Virus record (IMG/VR): IMGVR_UViG_3300045988_089740
Reading direction: 5' to 3' (one strand)
DNA: 64,000 nucleotides
DNA from: a virus
Shown here in pieces: positions 8,985-15,732 of the stretch; the stretch's first letter is position 1; each line of letters begins with the position of its first letter. The translations under genes were made by a program, and so were the position numbers. The notes beneath the pieces were generated by a model, which made no database searches, was not told the DNA's origin, and saw only the letters and a program-made list of their open reading frames with translations.

Positions 8985-9296
8985 TTAGCAAGTTCTAATG
9001 AATCCGAAAGATACAGTATCTTCAAATCCAAAAGGCTGTTCTGCCTTATATGTTGTTTTACGAGTTAATATAATGTCGTAAAACAGTTCGTGTTCTTTGA
9101 TTGCTTCCGGCGTTTCTCGGTATAATTTCAGCGGCTGGATGGTACAAAATTCGTTTTCAACAGTTCCGCCGCTTAAAATGTCGATGCTTTCAACGTGCTG
9201 TGCTGAAAAATAATATCTTGCTATTTCTTCAAGATCGGCATTGATTTTTGTATAGAAATAATCGCCGTTAATTTCGTTTACTTTTATTTCAAACAT
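8985..9296 (-). CDS. hypothetical protein (accessory operon gene 1)
   Basis: SD GAGAGGGAA before ATG 9296; first gene downstream of divergent promoter region. Confidence 0.55.
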   Translation of the reverse strand: MFEIKVNEINGDYFYTKINADLEEIARYYFSAQHVESIDILSGGTVENEFCTIQPLKLYRETPEAIKEHELFYDIILTRKTTYKAEQPFGFEDTVSFGFIRTC

Positions 9297-9364
9297 ATTC
9301 CCTCTCTTTCTCCCGGATCAGCGTCCGGGGTGAATGTTTTTTGTTTTCCTTTGATGGTTATATA

Positions 9365-9479
9365 ATACACTAAAATTTAATGTATGTCTATTGACATTAT
9401 ACACTAAATTATGAAGTATATAAAAACAGTGCTTTGTGCATATTGTACATTGCGTTTTAGTGTATAAAAATGATATAAT
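9365..9479. promoter_or_regulatory. divergent promoter region with three TTTAGTGTAT boxes
   Basis: 10-mer TTTAGTGTAT at 9365-9374 (-), 9399-9408 (-), 9456-9465 (+), each fused to a -10-like hexamer (TATTAT, TATAAT, TATAAA); TATAAT 9474-9479. Confidence 0.45.
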
Positions 9480-9505
9480 AATCCATATAATAAGGAGGTA
9501 AGAAC

Positions 9506-9757
9506 ATGATTAAATATAAACGAAATATAATTGATATGATGACAAAAAAAGGGGTTACTACTTATATAATAAGGAAAAACAAGATATTTACGGAAAGCCA
9601 GTTGCAGCAACTCCGCAATGATCGCCTTGTGACACAGGAAACACTTGATAAATTATGTACTATATTAGAATGTCAGCCGGGTTATTTGCTGGAGTATTTG
9701 CCCGATGAAAATACAAAAGATTTTGAAGAAAAGGTATTGACATACATTAAAAATTGA
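9506..9757 (+). CDS. XRE/Cro-like HTH transcriptional regulator
   Basis: SD AAGGAGG; ...ESQLQQLRNDRLVTQETLDKLCTILECQPGYLLEY is a typical HTH_26/XRE C-terminal pattern. Confidence 0.6.
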   Translation: MIKYKRNIIDMMTKKGVTTYIIRKNKIFTESQLQQLRNDRLVTQETLDKLCTILECQPGYLLEYLPDENTKDFEEKVLTYIKN

Positions 9758-9825
9758 TGTATACTAAAGATAGTTAAAGAAGAACAGCACATAGCCCCCA
9801 GGACGGGGCGGATCAGGAGGAAAAA

Positions 9826-10071
9826 ATGATTAGAGTAAACGGATGGACCAATCACATGGAGAAAATCGGAAACAAGGAATACCATGTTTCTGTAGACAGC
9901 TATAAAAACTATCTTGTTAAGATTTACAACGGGGCGGAAATATTTCCATCCCAGACGGTTACCTTTGGGGATCTCGGCAAAGTAGAAAGCTTCCTGAATG
10001 AGGAAGCGAGAAAAAGCGGAAATGAAAGACGTTTCCGTGGTACATATGAATGGGGAGGAAGTAAGAAATGA
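9826..10071 (+). CDS. hypothetical protein
   Basis: SD AGGAGG then ATG 9826. Confidence 0.5.
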   Translation: MIRVNGWTNHMEKIGNKEYHVSVDSYKNYLVKIYNGAEIFPSQTVTFGDLGKVESFLNEEARKSGNERRFRGTYEWGGSKK

Positions 10072-10097
10072 AGAGAAGCTAAGAAATCAGAATCCTG

Positions 10098-10328
10098 ATG
10101 CAGGACTACTGCACCAGGGAAGAAGCAAAAAAGCACCTCGACAACGGCTCTATTGTGATTTCAAAAAGAGCCTTTAAAAAAGATTTCGAAAGCTATATGT
10201 CCGAATGGGACTATAGTGACGAGGAAGTTGAGGAAATCCGGGAAATGATCCGGACAGAAAAGCCGCTTCCGGACTGGGGAGTAGTTAAATATAACGGCAG
10301 TACTTACTTTATCGCTTACGTTTTGTAG
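10098..10328 (+). CDS. small acidic hypothetical protein
   Basis: ORF in operon context, weak SD; DYSDEEVEEIREMI acidic stretch. Confidence 0.4.
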   Translation: MQDYCTREEAKKHLDNGSIVISKRAFKKDFESYMSEWDYSDEEVEEIREMIRTEKPLPDWGVVKYNGSTYFIAYVL

Positions 10329-10408
10329 GTAACTGTTCACATGTGCATATTGAACTCCTTGAGGTTTGCGGCTAAAATAGTTGTATAAACTTCAAGGAGG
10401 AAAAACAC

Positions 10409-10660
10409 ATGAAAAACATTGACAAGATGAAGAACAGCATAATTGAGCAGATCAAAGGAATGGATCTGGAAGAATTTAAGGATTTCAATTATGCGATGCT
10501 TGGCGGCGAGGCAGTCCCGGACGGCTTGATAGATACATCAGAGCTTTTTGACTGCGAGCTTTGCCGCAAACACTTTAATTGCACCGGCACCGGCAACGGT
10601 GACTTTGACGAATGCAGTCGAAATTATGAAAAATACGCACTGTCAGAAACAGAAAGTTAA
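10409..10660 (+). CDS. small acidic Cys-containing hypothetical protein
   Basis: SD AAGGAGG then ATG 10409; CELCRKHFNC..C. Confidence 0.5.
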   Translation: MKNIDKMKNSIIEQIKGMDLEEFKDFNYAMLGGEAVPDGLIDTSELFDCELCRKHFNCTGTGNGDFDECSRNYEKYALSETES

Positions 10661-10861
10661 TAGTCCCATTGTGGAAAAGAAAAACCCCTGGAGATTATCC
10701 AAGGGCTTAAAATCTTTTTTTATGGCGGCTAACGAGGGGAGAACAGACCCGCCGCCGAAGTCTGTTAAATTATTCATAGCACACAAACGTTTGCTTTGTC
10801 AAGAAAAATATTTTTTGCTTTTGGCTTGACAGGTTTTTATAAAATGTGCTATCGTGTCACT

Positions 10862-10952
10862 AACGAGGAACTCAGGAGGGGCGAGCCAATCGGAAATTAA
10901 TAAAGATCATTCAGCCAGGTAACCGGATCAGACGCCGGAAACCTGGCTTTTT
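10862..10952 (+). ncRNA. candidate ~90-nt sRNA
   Basis: TTGACA 10826-10831 /18 nt/ TGc-TATCGT 10850-10855; terminator AGCCAGGT/ACCTGGCT 10913-10948 (inner CCGG/CCGG) + U4; contains AGGAGGGG but no start codon. Confidence 0.35.
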
Positions 10953-11187
10953 CTGTGTCAGAACACCCCTGTAATTATATTATATATAATCCCCTATTAA
11001 TTAATTCTATACAGTATCGTATAATAACATCTTTTAAGCCCCTCCTAGATTCTGAGTTTATTAATATATACTTAGATACACTATATTATAATATATATAG
11101 CTCTATAACACTGTATATTGAACTATAACGGATTATTTTATCAATAGGTCTTTTATTATACCTTGAGTAATAAAAATAAATTTATGC

Positions 11188-11360
11188 TTGCATTAACAGT
11201 TTATATGTGCTATTGTAAATGGCAGATAAGCAAATACATTTACGATTTTTAAACAAAGGACGATATAAAAACTGAAAAGCATTTACGGAACTTCCGGCAC
11301 TGATCGCAGCTGCTGGGTGTGTTCTTCGATTGCTGACCGGTTTATTATCGTCCTTTTTAT
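11188..11360 (+). promoter_or_regulatory. promoter plus ~135-nt structured leader upstream of terS-like gene
   Basis: TTGCAT 11188-11193 /17 nt/ TGc-TATTGT 11211-11216; long-range helix AAAGGACGATA 11255-11265 / TATCGTCCTTT 11346-11356 followed by UUAUUU. Confidence 0.35.
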
Positions 11361-11403
11361 TTCACTAAATTAATAGATTAACGTTGTAAAGTGAGGCGAT
11401 ACA

Positions 11404-11997
11404 GTGAAAGATAATACTATCAAAACGGAAAAGGAAACAGAAGTATATTTGAGCAATATTAATATATATGCTGATGAATATATTAACACAGTGTTATGTG
11501 TATCACCTGATAGTGAGAATTACAGAAAAGAAGTAGCTGATAGTTTTGTCGATATGATATTTTATATTGCTGATCACATACAGAAACCTAGCAACGATGA
11601 TATAGAATTATTAGATCATATGTTTAGCGTGTTTGTAAGGTTGTGCAGCAAGTATCATGTTTTACCGACTCTGGAAGTATTTAGCTTTCTGGTAGGGATT
11701 AACCGCTCAACGTTTAGCGATTGGATGCGCGGGGACTATAGAACCGCCACAGCACATAGCAACACGGTGAAAAAATGGTTCGATATTTGCAAAAACTGTA
11801 CGCTTAATAGATTGCATAACCAGCCCGGAACAAACGCAAACCTGATCTTCGTTGCGAAGGCTGCATACGGCATGGCAGAGACAGCACCAGTCCAGGCGGA
11901 TCATGTGCAAGGCATCCCGCAACAGTCAGCGCAGCAGATCGCGGACAAGTACAAGGACGCGCTGGAACTACCGGAGATGGAACGACCGAAACTGTGA
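11404..11997 (+). CDS. terS: terminase small subunit-like protein
   Basis: GTG start after SD GTGAGG; LEVFSFLVGINRSTFSDWMRG (HTH) ...GTNANLIFVAKAAYGMAE matches the usual TerS pattern in Firmicutes phages; by-eye call. Confidence 0.55.
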   Translation: MKDNTIKTEKETEVYLSNINIYADEYINTVLCVSPDSENYRKEVADSFVDMIFYIADHIQKPSNDDIELLDHMFSVFVRLCSKYHVLPTLEVFSFLVGINRSTFSDWMRGDYRTATAHSNTVKKWFDICKNCTLNRLHNQPGTNANLIFVAKAAYGMAETAPVQADHVQGIPQQSAQQIADKYKDALELPEMERPKL

Positions 11998-12159
11998 ACT
12001 ACCTCCCGGAAACGTCCACGAGGTGCGGACAAAAGGCGGTAGTTAGCACGAAAACAGCGATATTTATACAATGTGTATAGTTACAACACCAGTATTTGTG
12101 CATGTTGTATAGCGATCTATAAAGAAAACGAGAGTTTGTCGTATAGATGAAATGATGAG

Positions 12160-12349
12160 ACTATCACAGTGTCCTCTGACTACTGCCGAAGGCCGAACAA
12201 CGACAGCGTGATCCGGTGCAGCGGGTCCCATGGGGCGGCGGGCTGACCGGATAGCGTACGGGGGAGACGGGGACCCCCTTGGAGGGAAAGCCACCAGGAG
12301 CCGGGTGAGCCCCCAAAGCAAATGAAATAACAAAAAGGCCCTTTTCACA
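12160..12349. other. GC-rich (~65%) structured non-coding island
   Basis: Sharp GC jump versus ~40% surroundings; nested helices e.g. CCGGT-G-CAGC...GCTG-ACCGG; only RNA-like spurious ORFs. Confidence 0.35.
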
Positions 12350-12405
12350 TGGCAGAGATAGTGATTCGAACACGACAAGCCGTAAGCCTTAACGGTTTCT
12401 CTGCC
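12350..12405 (-). other. tRNA-like minihelix (acceptor stem + one hairpin + T-arm-like loop)
   Basis: Minus strand GGCAGAGA..CCGT-UAAGGCUU-ACGG..GUG-UUCGAAU-CAC..UCUCUGCC-A, then small hairpin and U-rich run. Confidence 0.35.
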
Positions 12406-12446
12406 AACACAAAATAAGGCAATACCAAGAAAGGCAGGTATATGAA

Positions 12447-12851
12447 ATGAAAATTGGATATATAAGAAAAGTAAGATTTGGAATTGACATTGATATTAAA
12501 CGTGAACTTTTGTTTTGCAAAGGGATATCTGAAATTTACACAGATTCCGAAAACAGTAGAGATGAATACCGCAAAATGATGTCAATTCTGTCTGATTCCG
12601 ATGAGTTATATATTTGGTCTATTGAAGAGCTTGGAGATGAGCAGGAATAAATTCTTGAACAATGGAGATCTATAACAAGCGGCATTGGAACAAATGTTAC
12701 AGTTATCAGTTGCCCTGCTATAAAAAGCAAAAGAGATGTGACATTAGAAGAGAAAATGGTGAGCGATATGGCGTTAAAGATTCTCTCGTATAACGCTGAA
12801 ACGTCAATTAAAGAGTTGAAAAAATTGGAGATATTTTATGACGAAGAATAG
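12447..12851 (+). pseudogene. degenerate small serine-recombinase (resolvase/invertase)-like gene with in-frame TAA
   Basis: MKIGYIRKVRF.. aligns to resolvase MxIGYxRVST but catalytic Ser is lost; TAA 12648-12650 is in frame with continuation ILEQWRSITSGIGTNVTVIS..; no HTH domain. Confidence 0.5.
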
Positions 12852-12990
12852 AGGTTGTCAAGGTGAATCCATCCGCATCCGGTTACCGTACCAATTGGAG
12901 CAAAGACTTATAGCCGAAAAGAACCGAACCGGTAAAAGCGTGTCACAGATCACCCGTGAAGCCTTGACACAGTATTTTCGGAAAAGGTAG
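12838..12990 (+). CDS. ribbon-helix-helix (CopG/Arc-like) protein, 50 aa
   Basis: ATG 12838; ..SIRIRLPYQLEQRLIAEKNRTGKSVSQITREALTQYF is a textbook RHH pattern; below ORF-track cut-off. Confidence 0.55.
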   Translation: MTKNRGCQGESIRIRLPYQLEQRLIAEKNRTGKSVSQITREALTQYFRKR

Positions 12991-13000
12991 GTAAAAGACG

Positions 13001-13429
13001 ATGCTTGAAAAAATTTTAAAAAAACAAAAAAGGTCTTCTGAATGCCATCCGCTTGAAAAGCCTTTAGCTCATGATCGGACGTACGAGTATCATCACAAGA
13101 AAGCTGTTCTGGAGGACGAAAGACTGTACGACACGGAATCGGCGAAAAAGGTTTTTACGGACAAAGCTAGTTTGGAATATATCGCACTCGGAAGAGCAGT
13201 GCAAAGAGCTTACTTCTTAACTCCGAACGGGAATTGGTTTTCAGCTGAAGAAAAAATCGAGACTGAAAGCGGAATCACTGATGTCGGCGATTATCGTATA
13301 CAGGTCACAAAAACCATTTACACATACAGTGATCTTCGGATAGAGCAAAAATGCAAGGTTAAAGACCTGATTGGAAGAAATGACTATGAGTTATACAAAG
13401 AATATTTTGGAGAGGTAAAAGAGGCATGA
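13001..13429 (+). CDS. hypothetical protein
   Basis: ORF with SD-like AAAGG; no motif. Confidence 0.5.
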   Translation: MLEKILKKQKRSSECHPLEKPLAHDRTYEYHHKKAVLEDERLYDTESAKKVFTDKASLEYIALGRAVQRAYFLTPNGNWFSAEEKIETESGITDVGDYRIQVTKTIYTYSDLRIEQKCKVKDLIGRNDYELYKEYFGEVKEA

Positions 13430-13686
13430 ATAAAGAAAAAGGAATCTATGAGCTGTTACCGTCAGAACCAGTTGATGTAGCAGCTATGCTGATAAAAGCA
13501 ACGGTTATTACAGACGCACCGGTATTCGCACTGTCCCCAATGCTTGAAGGCAAAATGGTTGCAATTCCGAAATACGATCCGGTTCAGCTTCAGGAAATCG
13601 CAGAGCATCTTCTGGTGTACTGCAATGCACAGGAAAGGGGATATGAAAATGTCTGTTGTGAAGATTGTAAATCCGAATCCGTATGA
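13426..13686 (+). CDS. hypothetical protein
   Basis: ATGA overlap with upstream stop. Confidence 0.5.
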   Translation: MNKEKGIYELLPSEPVDVAAMLIKATVITDAPVFALSPMLEGKMVAIPKYDPVQLQEIAEHLLVYCNAQERGYENVCCEDCKSESV

Positions 13687-14032
13687 CTGGAGGGGGACAC
13701 AGTACTTTATTGACGAACATAAAGTACCGAGGGTAAAATCGGTTGATTTTCATGTTTCGGTCGATGAAGTACCGACGTTTAACTTTGAAATGATGGGAAG
13801 ACCAGATATTGAAATGGAATGTCTAGCACAGATTAGTGTTAGTTCTCAATCAATTACTGATGCAATTTCAATTTTAAGACACGAACTGCTTCAACGTGGA
13901 GAAATATACCAAGGCTTCAAATCAAGCCTGAAATCGGCTCTGGAAATCTATTCTACATGTGGACTTCCATTTGAGCCTGAAGAAGAGACAGCAGAAAAGA
14001 TTCTTGATTTCATGATTGGAGAAAAACGATGA
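13643..14032 (+). CDS. hypothetical protein
   Basis: SD GAAAGGGG then ATG 13643 (internal Met of track ORF 13544-14032). Confidence 0.5.
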   Translation: MKMSVVKIVNPNPYDWRGTQYFIDEHKVPRVKSVDFHVSVDEVPTFNFEMMGRPDIEMECLAQISVSSQSITDAISILRHELLQRGEIYQGFKSSLKSALEIYSTCGLPFEPEEETAEKILDFMIGEKR

Positions 14033-14199
14033 GGACGATATTTACGATAATCGCACTTGTCATCAACATCCTGATGTTCGCTTCGGCAAGTTTTGAGATC
14101 GTGACAAATAACAACAAAGATAAATGGGAATCTGCCGCTTGTTCGATGATTTTTATTGGAACCGGAATAAGCGTGATTTTATTTTTAACATCCCTGTGA
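14029..14199 (+). CDS. 56-aa two-TM membrane protein
   Basis: ATGA overlap at 14029; MRTIFTIIALVINILMFASA...IFIGTGISVILFLTSL hydrophobic. Confidence 0.4.
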   Translation: MRTIFTIIALVINILMFASASFEIVTNNNKDKWESAACSMIFIGTGISVILFLTSL

Positions 14200-14209
14200 G
14201 GTGAAATAA

Positions 14210-14353
14210 ATGTTACTGGCATTTCCGATGGTTTTAATTCCGCTGATATTGGTCGAGTGGATTAAAATAATAAAAGCAAAGGTACAGCCCTCGCCGTGTG
14301 GACTTGGAGGAAGGTTCATCACAGACAGGACGAGGCATGAAATTCCTAGATAG
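14210..14353 (+). CDS. 47-aa membrane peptide
   Basis: SD GAGGTG then ATG 14210; MLLAFPMVLIPLILVEWIKII... Confidence 0.3.
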   Translation: MLLAFPMVLIPLILVEWIKIIKAKVQPSPCGLGGRFITDRTRHEIPR

Positions 14354-14514
14354 CCTGTATCAGTACGGATTTATGATAATGAAATAGATATCCAAAACCA
14401 AATTTCCTCCAAATGAGTTACGACTGATACAGGCGTTCCAGGATAAACATAAATATAGCAATGGTGTTTTTGAAGTATATCACGTGCGGCAGGGTTGAGC
14501 GACTGCCGCAACAT

Positions 14515-14586
14515 AGCGCATTGGCGAAGCGGTAACGCACCGGACTTTGACTCCGTTATGCGTGGGTTCGAATCCCACATGCGCCG
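14515..14586 (+). tRNA. tRNA-Gln (anticodon UUG)
   Basis: Cloverleaf by eye: acceptor 6 bp + A1-C72 mismatch, D stem GCG/CGC, anticodon stem CCGGA/TCCGT, loop CUUUGAC, T-arm GTGGG-TTCGAAT-CCCAC. Confidence 0.75.
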
Positions 14587-14802
14587 TTCTGCATCGAGTT
14601 TATATCTTTTTCTTGGTGCAGATTGGATTTTCTTTTTCCTTTTTTAACGAAATACCCTTTAACCACCTATCGCAACGGCGATGACTAAAGGAACAGTCAA
14701 ACGTTCCGGGTGGTTTTAACCTTTGTTGCGGCTGGTGGCCAAGAACTGCAACAGTAGTAAAAAGACAGATATCACATCGACCCTGTATCTTTTTGCTACT
14801 CA
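14587..14802 (+). ncRNA. structured inter-tRNA spacer
   Basis: No ORF; junction AACCACC 14661-14667 / GGTGGTT 14709-14715 enclosing hairpins ATCGC-AACG-GCGAT and GACT..AGTC; further GTTGC..GCAAC stem. Confidence 0.35.
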
Positions 14803-14876
14803 GGAAGCTTAGCTCAGTTGGTCAGAGTAACCGGCTCATAACCGGTCGGTCCTGGGTTCGAACCCCAGAGCTTCCA
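14803..14876 (+). tRNA. tRNA-Met or Ile2 (anticodon CAU), elongator type
   Basis: GGAAGCT/AGCTTCC acceptor, D GCTC/GAGT (C11-G24), anticodon stem ACCGG/CCGGT, loop CUCAUAA, T-arm CTGGG-TTCGAAC-CCCAG. Confidence 0.85.
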
Positions 14877-15410
14877 TTTCTCCCGAAGCTGTCCATCCGT
14901 TTTGTGGATAGAAAAAACTGCCGAATGTGTGTATGTGGGTTGTTTTTCAGAAGGTACGTAACGGCGTAGCCGGATTTGAAAAAGCAACTTCCCGTTCGGT
15001 TCTGTCTCTGAGTTGAATATGTCGCCAATGAGTGCACGTTGACGACAGGGAGTTTTCAAGAGGCATTTCAGGAATAATCCTCCGAAACAACTCCGTGGGA
15101 CTGGCACGGATGAAAACAGTCTAGTGGAAAGCATAACACGATAAACCTATTGCTAACCCGGGAATCCGGGTTATTCGGAATGTGCAAGTAACTGGGAACG
15201 ACCTGGTCGTAGACTAGGTCTTGATGGTTCGAATCCATCCGTTCCGCTTGTCTGGAGCCTGAAAGTTTGGCGTGGGAATAGCGCAGGGCAGCGCATGGGA
15301 ATGTAATTCCGAGTTCCGGACATGTTTGCTGCCTATCGGATTGTAAAGTGGTCTCCCTTAAAGTAGGCAATAAGTGAACGTGTTGAAATGGTTCTTCCAG
15401 ATATGTACAT
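14877..15410 (+). ncRNA. candidate large structured ncRNA between tRNAs (GOLLD/ROOL-like or novel)
   Basis: 534 nt without credible ORF, flanked by tRNAs, many hairpins (e.g. AACCCGG-GAAT-CCGGGTT 15155-15172, GGAAT-GTA-ATTCC, GAAC..GTTC); embeds a tRNA-like unit. Confidence 0.35.
15176..15247 (+). tRNA. aberrant tRNA-like gene (anticodon GUA if canonical register)
   Basis: 72 nt in canonical register: acceptor CGGAATG/CGTTCCG (one G-U), anticodon stem CCTGG/CTAGG, loop UCGUAGA (C33), perfect T-arm GATGG-TTCGAAT-CCATC, but D stem cannot pair. Confidence 0.4.
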
Positions 15411-15482
15411 CGCAGGATGGAGAAGCGGAATCTCGCAAGGTTCATACCCTTGAGAACGGCGGTTCAAATCCGTCTCCTGCAA
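15411..15482 (+). tRNA. tRNA-Met (CAU), initiator-like
   Basis: C1-A72 mismatch and A11-U24 pair (initiator hallmarks); D GAGA/TCTC, anticodon stem CAAGG/CCTTG, loop UUCAUAC, T-arm GGCGG-TTCAAAT-CCGTC. Confidence 0.75.
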
Positions 15483-15598
15483 TTAATCCGTCTATCGTTC
15501 AGCGGATTAAAGCAAATTCTCAATATACCTTCTTTCTATGAATGTGGAACTCAACCCAATTGCTCTTTCATTAGAACAATTGACCGTGACAGACGTCA

Positions 15599-15669
15599 TG
15601 GAATGTAGCTCAGTGGTAGAGCAGTGACTTACAAGTCATGTGTCGCAGGTTCGATTCCTGCCTTTCCGA
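15599..15669 (+). tRNA. aberrant tRNA (Val-like UAC) with 6-nt anticodon loop
   Basis: Good D arm GCTC-AGTGGTA-GAGC and T-arm GCAGG-TTCGATT-CCTGC; anticodon stem GTGAC/GTCAT leaves loop UUACAA (6 nt); acceptor has U1-G72 and U6-U67. Confidence 0.45.
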
Positions 15670-15732
15670 TTCCGGTAAATTGCCATTATCGGAAAGCATT
15701 TCCAAAATGCTCAAATTTACCTTCTGATTGGT

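Noticed and set aside
12064-12378. Minus-strand ORFs of 104 and 69 aa in the GC island
   Set aside because: These are Pro/Gly/Arg-rich translations of GC-rich structured DNA, with no SD.
12648-15669. Stop-codon recoding hypothesis: the in-frame TAA in the resolvase-like gene read by the odd tRNA at 15599
   Set aside because: No register of the loop UUACAA gives a canonical UUA anticodon with U33. All large phage genes are intact under the standard code. The resolvase-like gene also lacks its catalytic Ser, so decay is the simpler explanation.
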